Source: an uncultured Bacilli bacterium
Lineage (GTDB): Bacteria > Bacillota_I > Bacilli_A > RF39 > UBA660
DNA length: 44,167 nt
Direction: 5' to 3'
NCBI GenBank assembly: GCA_947628275.1
Contig: CANQZD010000045.1
Span: 1 to 44,167, forward strand
In this document: positions 18,786-27,593 of the stretch, one piece after another
Position numbering within the stretch: position 1 is the first letter of the stretch
How the letters are laid out: every line of letters begins with the position of its first letter
The notes under the pieces: model-generated
The model's input: only the letters and a program-made list of their open reading frames with translations
Databases searched by the model: none
Told to the model about the DNA's origin: nothing
Translations under genes and position numbers: made by a program

Positions 18786-19728
18786 AAGCAACTTTCTGTA
18801 ACTCTAAACTGGGAGTTGACGATGTCACACCAACTGAATTTTGATAAGCCATTGTTGCAATTTGTTCAGCAGCTTGAGCATTTTTTAAATGATCATTAGC
18901 TTGTTCTTTTAAACTATTAGCTTCTTTAATGGTATCAACTATTTTTTTTTTATAAGTATCAATAATTTTTTCAACTTTTTCTTGATATTCTTTAGTAGCT
19001 GCCGCAATTTCTTGTTGCATCTTATCAAAATCATTTTCTTTTTCTACCGGAATAATTTCTGGACCACTAGTTACTTCATTAACTACAGGACTTTCAATTA
19101 CTGGTGGTGGATTAATAACGCTTTCAATTGCTGGAGCATTACTAGCAAACGGAGTAATTACCTCTTCTTGAGGTTCATTATTAGTAATACTTTCTGGGAA
19201 AGAAAATACTGGTGGAGCCTCCTCAGTTACTACCGGAGTATCAGTAACTACAGGATTAGTAACTTCTGGAGCAAGAGTATCTACAACTGGCATTGAAACT
19301 TCTGAAACAGGTTCAACCAAAGTTTCTTCCTTAGCTGGAATACTATCCTTAACCAAATTTTTAAAATTAGCAATTAAAGGGTCCGTTTGAGCAACCGTAA
19401 GTCCTAAACTACGACCTGGTCCAATATCTGCTTTTACATTTTCAGCACTTATATAATTAATATTCTTAGCATTGTTTTTAATAATATCAACTACTACTGA
19501 TTTAACTTCTGACCAAGCATTTTCATCATTTATTGCCTGATAGACACCATCTTTTTCCCACATAAATTCTAAAACATTATTTCCATTATTCATCTCTTTT
19601 TTATCTAAAATTAAGATTGGAATATTTTTAATATTTGGACGATTATCATCAGCAATTGTAAAATGCGCTACTACTTTTCTTTCTTCAACTTCCCCACTTG
19701 GTCTATTTAATACAACTTTTTCTTTCAT
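18784..19728 (-). CDS. hypothetical protein: small globular N domain, Pro/Glu/Val/Thr-rich linker, C-terminal coiled coil
   Basis: 314-codon ORF with GGAGAG RBS. Compositional tripartition is visible. Confidence 0.8.
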   Translation of the reverse strand: MKEKVVLNRPSGEVEERKVVAHFTIADDNRPNIKNIPILILDKKEMNNGNNVLEFMWEKDGVYQAINDENAWSEVKSVVVDIIKNNAKNINYISAENVKADIGPGRSLGLTVAQTDPLIANFKNLVKDSIPAKEETLVEPVSEVSMPVVDTLAPEVTNPVVTDTPVVTEEAPPVFSFPESITNNEPQEEVITPFASNAPAIESVINPPPVIESPVVNEVTSGPEIIPVEKENDFDKMQQEIAAATKEYQEKVEKIIDTYKKKIVDTIKEANSLKEQANDHLKNAQAAEQIATMAYQNSVGVTSSTPSLELQKVA

Positions 19729-19776
19729 ACTTGGAACCCTCTCTCCATTCTAAACATCATTATAGCAAAAAAAGAT

Positions 19777-20064
19777 TTACTCTGCAATATCTTCTTTAGC
19801 TAAAATAAAATATTTGCAACCATATGCACAATAATTATTTAAATAATCATCAACTTTATCAATATCATTTATTTCTTTAAAATTAGGATTACGTCGACTA
19901 TTAAAACCTTTTAATCTTAATTTACCATACGACCAATCACCTAAAATATAATCAAAATCTAAAAAATAATCAGTAATTATCTTTTCAACTTCTTCTAAAA
20001 TAAAACCATCATTAAAATTTCTAAATAAAGTATATACTTGATTCAATAACTCTATCTTTTCCAT
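19777..20064 (-). CDS. yutD: YutD-like protein (DUF1027)
   Basis: DYILGDWSYGKLRLKGF and YCAYGC.YF motifs. Confidence 0.85.
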   Translation of the reverse strand: MEKIELLNQVYTLFRNFNDGFILEEVEKIITDYFLDFDYILGDWSYGKLRLKGFNSRRNPNFKEINDIDKVDDYLNNYCAYGCKYFILAKEDIAE

Positions 20065-20074
20065 TATCCACCTC

Positions 20075-20905
20075 TTATGAAATTCTTATTGCTACAATAA
20101 ATAAAGTCAAAACAATCGTTACTACAACACTTACTAATAATAATAAATCTACGTAACCATTACCACTACTAAGACGATTACCATACTTTTTATAATAATT
20201 AACTGCATCTATTAATAAATCACGTTTATTTTTATCATTTTCATCAATCTTAAAGAAAGCATAAACTTTATGATTAGCTTCCTCTAATTCTTCAGAATTC
20301 ATTTTAGAAATCTCTTCAACTGTATAACCTAAAAGTAAATAAGCATCAATAAACAATGTTGTTTTTTTTATTGGTGACAAATCAAAAGTATGTTCACTTA
20401 TATAATTTTGTCTAGCATAATAATAATCTAAGCATGCCTTATCTTGTAAATAATAATTTGTATAATCACTTAAATATTCATTAGTACTTAAACATAATAA
20501 CTTTTTAAAATTGTTTTCTTCATCATCTTTTAAACCTAACTTTTTTTTCTTTAAAAAGAACATATCAATTAAATATTGTTCAATTTTTACTAAAAAAATA
20601 TTAGGTCTTTGTTTAGATGTATACCAAAAAGAATTAAAACATTTTTTAAAATCTTCTAATTTTTCTTTACTAAAACCATATTTCATAATATTATCATCAA
20701 AACCATTTTGACCGCTTATATTTTTATTTAAATATGGATTAATAATCTCTAATTCGCCATATATTTCAACTAACGTTCGAATAACAATCACAGGAAAAGA
20801 TAATGAACTAGAAAGATTTTGTTCTTTAGTTGCTAAAAAATTTTCAATAGCCATGGTAAATTCTTTACTTATAAACTCTTCATTTCCCATATTCTTATTC
20901 ACCAT
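20075..20905 (-). CDS. hypothetical protein with C-terminal TM anchor
   Basis: 276-codon ORF ending GNGYVD followed by a hydrophobic helix. Confidence 0.75.
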   Translation of the reverse strand: MVNKNMGNEEFISKEFTMAIENFLATKEQNLSSSLSFPVIVIRTLVEIYGELEIINPYLNKNISGQNGFDDNIMKYGFSKEKLEDFKKCFNSFWYTSKQRPNIFLVKIEQYLIDMFFLKKKKLGLKDDEENNFKKLLCLSTNEYLSDYTNYYLQDKACLDYYYARQNYISEHTFDLSPIKKTTLFIDAYLLLGYTVEEISKMNSEELEEANHKVYAFFKIDENDKNKRDLLIDAVNYYKKYGNRLSSGNGYVDLLLLVSVVVTIVLTLFIVAIRIS

Positions 20906-20910
20906 TATAA

Positions 20911-21627
20911 TTATACCATATAAAAATCATTTTTGATACTACTACTTTTAGTAATTAATTCATTTCCATACCAATTAGGCACAGTCCCATTAATTACTTT
21001 GGCCCCCAACATAATCGTAAAATTTAAATCATGATCTTGATAATCAACCGGAGTAATTAATTCATAATTTATTGATATTTCTAAAAACACTTCAACCAAA
21101 GCATTATTAATTCCATAATTAGTCATCTTTGTTTTAACATTAGTAAAAACCGAATTAACAAAATGAAACAATACCGGAATTCGCGGGCCAAGATTATTAA
21201 AAAAAACATAATCACTAACTATTCCCATTGGTAACATTAATAAAACCGTATTTTCTTCAGAAAAATTATTTTTACCTAAATATTTAAAATAATTATTTTG
21301 TTTAGCTTTATTTACATTACTTAACAACTCTTTAGTAACCGTATCCGCTAAATGATATATCTCTGTCATTTTATAATCAACCGTTAAAATTTCTTGCTTA
21401 TCATTTAAATTAACCACAAATAAATCATCAATTTCAACATTTAATAAAGACTGATATTCACTAGCAATAGCATTAATCGTTTTAGTAAACTCTAAATTAG
21501 CAACATGACTTAATTTAGGACTTACCTTTTTATTAAAACCATTTAAAAAAAAGCCAGTTAATATCCCAATTCCTAACATATATCCAAATATTGATAATTT
21601 TACTAAAGTTTTATGTTTTATTTTCAT
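20911..21627 (-). CDS. yunB: sporulation protein YunB
   Basis: N-terminal TM, LPMG......NLGPRIPV, YGINN.L, ITP and GTVP.WY motifs. Confidence 0.85.
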   Translation of the reverse strand: MKIKHKTLVKLSIFGYMLGIGILTGFFLNGFNKKVSPKLSHVANLEFTKTINAIASEYQSLLNVEIDDLFVVNLNDKQEILTVDYKMTEIYHLADTVTKELLSNVNKAKQNNYFKYLGKNNFSEENTVLLMLPMGIVSDYVFFNNLGPRIPVLFHFVNSVFTNVKTKMTNYGINNALVEVFLEISINYELITPVDYQDHDLNFTIMLGAKVINGTVPNWYGNELITKSSSIKNDFYMV

Positions 21628-21647
21628 ATTAAATCATATGAAAAAAA
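21622..21647 (-). promoter_or_regulatory. CATAnnnT leaderless start module, copy 2
   Basis: TTTTTTT-CATATGAT-TTAAT-ATGAAA with no SD sequence. Confidence 0.6.
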
Positions 21648-21652
21648 AGGTT

Positions 21653-22537
21653 TTAAAACCAACCTAATTTCAAAAAATCATTTAAGAATAATACTATTCC
21701 GGTAATAATTGCTAAGAAAATTATTACAATCAAAACTTTAACAACTATTCCCCCAATTTTACTTGACGAATCAACATCTTCAAAAGTATCAAAATCACTT
21801 TTATCAAAAGTCATACTATTAGTATAAAAGCTTTTATCAATCTTTCCTGTTTTATCTTTATCTTCTTCATTATCTTCAATTATAACCGTTAATTCTGTTT
21901 TAGGAATTTCTAATTTTTTTTCATCTTTATTATCAATTTGCATTTGTTGAGTAAACTCTTGAGCACCAACTACAACAGTATCATCATCACCCTTTAAATC
22001 ACTTAATATTTCTAAAGGATCTGAACCATCTTGCTCAATTTGCTTTTTTTGATTTTCATTTAATTTAATGGTATTAATTAATTCTAATAGTTCATCTTTT
22101 GTTTTCTTACTACTAGCCTTATCTTTATCTTCATCTAAATCAAGATTTTTCAAAATATCATACTGTGTATCACGAACCTTTTTTAAACGTTCTTCTTGAT
22201 AGTCAACCTCTTTTGCTTCTCTAGCCTTTTCCAAAATAGCATTTATATCATATTCTCGAGTTTTTTCTAATTCATATTGGTCTAAAGATTCTTCTTCTTT
22301 AACCATTTCTACACTTCTTCTTTTAGGAATATCTTGATAATTCTTTTCTAAAATTTCTTTAATTTTATCAATATCCATTTGATTAGAATTATCGCCAATT
22401 ACTTTAGCATTTAAACCTATTGATAGATTTTCTAACTCACTATCTTTAATTTCTCTATATAATTGTTCATTCTTTCTTGTTCTTTTCGGTACAAAATCTA
22501 CGTTATCATCATTATATTTTTCAACTCTTGTTTTCAT
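21653..22537 (-). CDS. hypothetical acidic protein with C-terminal TM anchor
   Basis: 294-codon D/E/K-rich ORF, AAAGGATAGG RBS, one terminal hydrophobic helix. Confidence 0.8.
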   Translation of the reverse strand: MKTRVEKYNDDNVDFVPKRTRKNEQLYREIKDSELENLSIGLNAKVIGDNSNQMDIDKIKEILEKNYQDIPKRRSVEMVKEEESLDQYELEKTREYDINAILEKAREAKEVDYQEERLKKVRDTQYDILKNLDLDEDKDKASSKKTKDELLELINTIKLNENQKKQIEQDGSDPLEILSDLKGDDDTVVVGAQEFTQQMQIDNKDEKKLEIPKTELTVIIEDNEEDKDKTGKIDKSFYTNSMTFDKSDFDTFEDVDSSSKIGGIVVKVLIVIIFLAIITGIVLFLNDFLKLGWF

Positions 22538-22699
22538 GATAACCTATCCTTTCATCATAAATATATCATATTTTGTCAAATTTGAACATGGTTATTTATT
22601 GATTTTTTAGAAATTAAAATTTATAATTACTATTAGAAAAGAAAAAATTAATAAAAATAATCACATTTTTTCAATTCAATAAAGAAAGGAATCATAATT

Positions 22700-22924
22700 A
22701 TGAAAAAAATTAAAGTTCAAACTGAAAATTGCATTGGATGTGGAGCTTGTGTAGGAATTGATCCAGAACACTTTACTTTTAATGAAGAAGGATACTCTAT
22801 TCCTAAAAGTAATGAAAACTTAGATTCAGAAGCTTTAATGAACGCGATTGAATCATGTCCAGTAGGCATAATTTCTTTTGAAGAAACAACTGATAATAAC
22901 GAAGATGAAAACGAAAACCTTTAA
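22700..22924 (+). CDS. single-cluster [4Fe-4S] ferredoxin
   Basis: CIGCGAC...CP motif and acidic tail. Confidence 0.92.
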   Translation: MKKIKVQTENCIGCGACVGIDPEHFTFNEEGYSIPKSNENLDSEALMNAIESCPVGIISFEETTDNNEDENENL

Positions 22925-22934
22925 TGGTTTTTTT
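22914..22934. terminator. short terminator between convergent ferredoxin and rluB
   Basis: AAAACC-TTTAAT-GGTTTT followed by T run. Confidence 0.4.
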
Positions 22935-23646
22935 ATTTTAATGAATATAATTTTTTAACTTCCTTAACCGTTAATTTTCGATACTCTCCAACCTTTAATC
23001 CTTTTAAATCTAAAAACGCATAAGAATCTCTTTTTAATTTAAGTACTTCATGATTAATTTGCGAAAATAATTTTTTGACAATATGATTTCTTCCCTCAAC
23101 AATCCCAATTGTAATAGTTGTAGTATTTGTATCAATATTTTGCTTTCTTATTTTTAAATAAGTAGTTTTAACTATTCGATTATCAACTTCTATTCCTTTT
23201 TTAATTTGCATAAACTCTAAAGGCGTGATAAGCCCTTTAACTTTAGCTGTATAAATTTTTTCTACTTCATTTTTAGGATGACTTAAAAGATTAGTTAATT
23301 CTCCATCATTAGTTAATAAAAGAAGACCTGTTGTATCATAATCTAACCGCCCAATAGGATAAATTCGAGCTTGAGTTGCAATCAAATCCACCACTGTTTG
23401 CCGATTTTTTTCATCTTTAACCGAAGAAATAGTTTTAGCCGGTTTATAAAGTAAATAATATTCTTTATCTTCTTTAGAGTTGATAACTTCATTATTAACT
23501 ACTATTTCATCTTCATAGCTTACTTTCGTTCCTAATTCAGTTACAACTTTATTATTAACTTTAACTTTACCATTTAAAATAAATTCTTCAGCTTTTCTTC
23601 TAGAACAATAACCAGAAGACGCAATAACTTTTTGTAATCTTTCCAT
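22933..23646 (-). CDS. rluB: RsuA/RluB-family pseudouridine synthase
   Basis: MERLQK...SRRKAE S4 domain, GRLDYDTTG and EGRNH motifs. Confidence 0.9.
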   Translation of the reverse strand: MERLQKVIASSGYCSRRKAEEFILNGKVKVNNKVVTELGTKVSYEDEIVVNNEVINSKEDKEYYLLYKPAKTISSVKDEKNRQTVVDLIATQARIYPIGRLDYDTTGLLLLTNDGELTNLLSHPKNEVEKIYTAKVKGLITPLEFMQIKKGIEVDNRIVKTTYLKIRKQNIDTNTTTITIGIVEGRNHIVKKLFSQINHEVLKLKRDSYAFLDLKGLKVGEYRKLTVKEVKKLYSLK

Positions 23647-23654
23647 AACTTCTC

Positions 23655-24311
23655 CTAATCTAATTTAAACATTAACTTAAATTCCTTGGGTATCTTACTT
23701 TGAATAATAACAGGTTTACCATTAATCATTAATTCTATAGAACTAGCATGAAGTCCCAAACGATTAATCGGATTTTTTTCACTATCATATTTTTTATCAC
23801 CAACAATTGGATGATTAATATTACTTAAACTTACCCGAATTTGATTTTTCTTACCAGTTAAAATCTTAACTTTTAATAATGAATAACTTTTATTTTTTTC
23901 TAATACTTCATACTTAGTAATTGCAAGTTCACCATCTAAACTTACATGAACTTTAAAATTTTTATCTTCTTTTAAATAATTTTTTAAAGTATCTTGGCTT
24001 TTTAAAACTTTTCCTTCCACAATAGCCAAATATTCTCTATTAAGAGCATAATCTTGCCAATTATTTTGATATTCTAATTTAGTCTTTTCATTTTTAGCAA
24101 AGACAACTATTCCTGATGTATCTTTATCTAGACGATTTACAATAAAAATTTTATTTTTAGGATATTGTTTTTTAACATATTCACTTACTTCATGATATAA
24201 AGTATGTTCTTTTTCTTTAGCTGTTGCAATTGTTAATAACTTAGGTGGTTTATCAACAATCAATAAATTTTTATCTTCATATAAAATAGTTAATTTCTTT
24301 TTCTTAGTCAT
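23655..24311 (-). CDS. RluA-family pseudouridine synthase (no S4 domain)
   Basis: DKP, NRLDKDTSG, TGKKNQIR, HPIVGD..Y and LHA motifs. Confidence 0.88.
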   Translation of the reverse strand: MTKKKKLTILYEDKNLLIVDKPPKLLTIATAKEKEHTLYHEVSEYVKKQYPKNKIFIVNRLDKDTSGIVVFAKNEKTKLEYQNNWQDYALNREYLAIVEGKVLKSQDTLKNYLKEDKNFKVHVSLDGELAITKYEVLEKNKSYSLLKVKILTGKKNQIRVSLSNINHPIVGDKKYDSEKNPINRLGLHASSIELMINGKPVIIQSKIPKEFKLMFKLD

Positions 24312-25557
24312 CACTAATCAACCTATCTATGGCTTTTAAAATACCAATTTTACCGGTATCATAAGTAAGTCCCCCTTGAAGATATGCAATATATGGTTCT
24401 CTTATGGGGCCATCACAAGAAAGTTCAATACTAGAACCTTGGACAAACGTTCCCGCTGCCATAATAACTTTGTCAGTATATCCAGGTGTACTAACAGGAA
24501 CTGGACTAACATAACTATCAATTGGTGAACCACTTTGAATACCTTTGCAAAAATCAATTAAAGCTTTTTCATTACCAAAACCAATAGTTAAAACAATATC
24601 AACCTTTTCTTCATTATATAAAGGACTTACCATATATCCTAATTCTTCTAACATTGCACTAGCTAAAACACTCGTTTTAAGCGCATTAGCAACAATCGTT
24701 GGAGCCATAAAAATACCTTGTAAAAACAATTTATTCGCCCCAAGACTTGGACCAACATCTGCGCCTTCACCTGGTAAAGTAAGTGATTCACCAACTAAAT
24801 CAATAAGTTCTTTACTGCCAACAACATAACCCCCATTATTAGCAAGACCTCCACCTAAATTTTTAATCAAAGAGCCAACAACAATATCAGCCCCAACTTC
24901 AATTGGTTCTTTCTCACTTACAAATTCACAATAACAATTATCAACCATAATAATTGTTTCAGGAGATATTTGTTTAATTAACTTACATACTTTTTCTAAT
25001 TTTACAATACTAAGACTTTTCCTTGTTGAATATCCCTTACTTCTTTGAATTTCAATAACTTTTACTTGATGTTTTTTTACATAATCTGCAATTTTATCAT
25101 AATCAAAATCATCATTTACCAAAGCAATTTCATCATAATTAATTCCAAATGACTTTAAAGAACTAGGATTAGATTTAATACCAATTACTTCATGTAAAGT
25201 ATCATACGGCGTTCCAGTAATACTTAAAAGTAAGTCATTAGGTCGTAAAAGAGCAAAGAAAGTTTTACAAAGCGTATGACTTCCTGACACAAATTGAGTT
25301 CGGACAAGTGCTTTTTCAGCCCGAAAAATATGCGCAAACACTTCTTCAACAACATCTCTTCCTAAATCATTGTAACCATAACCAGTCGTCATATTAAAGT
25401 GTGTTTCACTAACATGACAATCAAAAAAAGCATTCATCATCTTGGCATTATTATATTCACAAATATTATCAATCTGCTTAAATTCTTCACTAATTTTTGG
25501 CAAAACCTTTTCATATATTTCATAAGTTTTAGAACTAATTCCAATTAAATCTTTCAT
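24304..25557 (-). CDS. YnbB-like PLP-dependent cystathionine beta-lyase/methionine gamma-lyase family protein
   Basis: GYGYND.GR, PYDTL, QRSKGY, DNCY.EF, GSLIKN.GG and GSSIELS.DGP motifs. Confidence 0.92.
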   Translation of the reverse strand: MKDLIGISSKTYEIYEKVLPKISEEFKQIDNICEYNNAKMMNAFFDCHVSETHFNMTTGYGYNDLGRDVVEEVFAHIFRAEKALVRTQFVSGSHTLCKTFFALLRPNDLLLSITGTPYDTLHEVIGIKSNPSSLKSFGINYDEIALVNDDFDYDKIADYVKKHQVKVIEIQRSKGYSTRKSLSIVKLEKVCKLIKQISPETIIMVDNCYCEFVSEKEPIEVGADIVVGSLIKNLGGGLANNGGYVVGSKELIDLVGESLTLPGEGADVGPSLGANKLFLQGIFMAPTIVANALKTSVLASAMLEELGYMVSPLYNEEKVDIVLTIGFGNEKALIDFCKGIQSGSPIDSYVSPVPVSTPGYTDKVIMAAGTFVQGSSIELSCDGPIREPYIAYLQGGLTYDTGKIGILKAIDRLISDD

Positions 25558-26225
25558 CTAATAACCTCCACATTTCCACTATCCATCAAATCAACTTGTT
25601 TTAAAACTAATTTAGCAACCTCACTAGTAGAAACAAAACTAAATTCGCATTTTACTTCATCTGGAATATCATTCATTGAAGTATCCATCCACCCTGGAGC
25701 AATTGTATGAATTTTCACCTTTTTAAAATACTTAGCATAATCTTTTGCTAACATGAGTAAACCATATTTTGCAACATCATATTCTAAAGTCACATAATCA
25801 TTTTTATCAATTATATTATCAGAACTAATATAAATAATTGTTCCATGACCAATCTTTTCCATTTCTAAACCAAACTTTTGAGTTAATAAAAAATTAGCTA
25901 TTAAATTAACCTCAATCACTCTTTTAAAAGATTCATAAGTTTTATCAGTAATCTCACAAACATTATCAATACCAGCATTACAAACTAATACATCTAATCC
26001 ATCTATTTTAAAATTATCGACAACTTCTTTTTTAGAAATATCCCCTTTTAATAAATTAACCTTACTATGATATTCATTAACAAGACTATCTTTCGTTTTA
26101 AATGCTTCATCATCATTACTAACATAATTTAAATAAAGTTCATAACCATTTTTAGCAAATATTTTAGCTATTTCTTTACCTAAGCCTCTTGTTCCCCCAG
26201 TAATTAAAACCTTCTTCATAACCAT
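25554..26225 (-). CDS. short-chain dehydrogenase/reductase
   Basis: TGGTRGLG, NAG, YDVAK (YxxxK) and PGW.DT motifs. Confidence 0.92.
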   Translation of the reverse strand: MVMKKVLITGGTRGLGKEIAKIFAKNGYELYLNYVSNDDEAFKTKDSLVNEYHSKVNLLKGDISKKEVVDNFKIDGLDVLVCNAGIDNVCEITDKTYESFKRVIEVNLIANFLLTQKFGLEMEKIGHGTIIYISSDNIIDKNDYVTLEYDVAKYGLLMLAKDYAKYFKKVKIHTIAPGWMDTSMNDIPDEVKCEFSFVSTSEVAKLVLKQVDLMDSGNVEVIR

Positions 26226-26303
26226 AACTTCCTTTACCCGTATTGTATCATAAAAATTATTAAATTAACCAATATTTTAAGACTAATAAAAAAATAAGCA
26301 ATT

Positions 26304-27182
26304 TTATTTACTTACTTTAACATTTTTATTTTCTAAACTTTGTGCTTCTAGCATTTCAAGTGATTTTTTATATTTTTCTCTTATCTTTTGCAATGTATCT
26401 TCACTTAAACATCTTTCAAAATTATTATTTAAAATAACTTCTTTATTAGAAACATCATAACACCCAATAATAAATTTGGAATCTAAACTATCTACTACTT
26501 TATCATCTATTATAATTTCTTTAGAAAAAACCTTAAACACTTCTTTATTTTCTAACAAATTCACATATTTAATTGGCAATCGAATTAAATATATTTTTTT
26601 AGCTTCATGCAAATTTTCTACTAAATTAATTGAATCAAGTTTTATAATTCTAGACTCATCTTCTATTAATAAACCATTTTTAAATACATTTTGAACAATA
26701 TCATTTTCACTTTCTAATTTTAGCATTTCATAACCTATATATTCATATTCTTTTTCAAAAAGAATATTTTCTAAAGGAACCGTCTCACAACGTTGATAAT
26801 ATAAATTTTTCATATAATCTATTTGATTAAGATATTTATTTTGCTTCTCATCAAAAAGCCATATTCCCTTTAAATCTTCTAAAGAAATTGCCCCAAGTTG
26901 ACCATCTTTTATTTTACTTTGTTCAACTTCTAATACAGGTCTTTTATCATAATAAAAAGTATTCTCGCCACCTTTAGTCCAAAATATTTCATTTGTATGA
27001 CCCCCAGCTAATTTACCATTTTTAGGTCTTACATATCCACAAAGCAAAATATCTTCAATTTGATCTAAACCAGTAACTCTATAAACGGAAGAAGATGATG
27101 TTGCCATAGCATATAAAATATTTTTACCAAATGCCAAATCATTTTTAAAAACCCGATTTTTTGACTCTTTTATTCTATCCAT
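26304..27182 (-). CDS. hypothetical protein, possible ADP-ribosyltransferase-like fold(s)
   Basis: 292-codon ORF with AAGGAG RBS. VYRVTG...EDI...G and IFWTKG pattern. The fold call is inference. Confidence 0.6.
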   Translation of the reverse strand: MDRIKESKNRVFKNDLAFGKNILYAMATSSSSVYRVTGLDQIEDILLCGYVRPKNGKLAGGHTNEIFWTKGGENTFYYDKRPVLEVEQSKIKDGQLGAISLEDLKGIWLFDEKQNKYLNQIDYMKNLYYQRCETVPLENILFEKEYEYIGYEMLKLESENDIVQNVFKNGLLIEDESRIIKLDSINLVENLHEAKKIYLIRLPIKYVNLLENKEVFKVFSKEIIIDDKVVDSLDSKFIIGCYDVSNKEVILNNNFERCLSEDTLQKIREKYKKSLEMLEAQSLENKNVKVSK

Positions 27183-27191
27183 GGTTTCTCC

Positions 27192-27593
27192 TTAATTATC
27201 ACTTTTAGTATTAATACTCATTGGGATACTAATATTCCCGTTAGCGTCTTTTATCCACACATAATATTTTTTATACTGATAAATAGAAATAGTTGCAACA
27301 TTATTATCTACTTTCTTCCAACATAAAGAATTAGTGCTAGGATTACTTTTAGTTGATTTAACACAATACGAAACCGTATCACCAGACATCGTAATTTTTA
27401 ACTTATTATTTTCAATATCTAAAGACTCAATTTTAGCATTCATATCATCTTCTAATTTAACAAAATATGAATCACTTTCATTATTTATAGGTAACAGACT
27501 ACTTGCGCAAATAAACGAAAACACACACAATATTATTACCCCCACAACAATTATAAATGTAATTTGATTATCATCTTTATTTATCTTTTTCAT
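27192..27593 (-). CDS. small membrane-anchored protein with beta-rich (Ig-like) extracellular domain
   Basis: N-terminal TM and YYVWIKDANGNIS motif. ATGA overlap with the ATPase stop, GGAGG RBS. Confidence 0.75.
   Translation of the reverse strand: MKKINKDDNQITFIIVVGVIILCVFSFICASSLLPINNESDSYFVKLEDDMNAKIESLDIENNKLKITMSGDTVSYCVKSTKSNPSTNSLCWKKVDNNVATISIYQYKKYYVWIKDANGNISIPMSINTKSDN

Noticed and set aside
23655-24311. Inactive pseudouridine synthase (NRLD and TGKKNQ variants)
   Set aside because: The catalytic Asp in RLD is retained and such variants fall within family variation.
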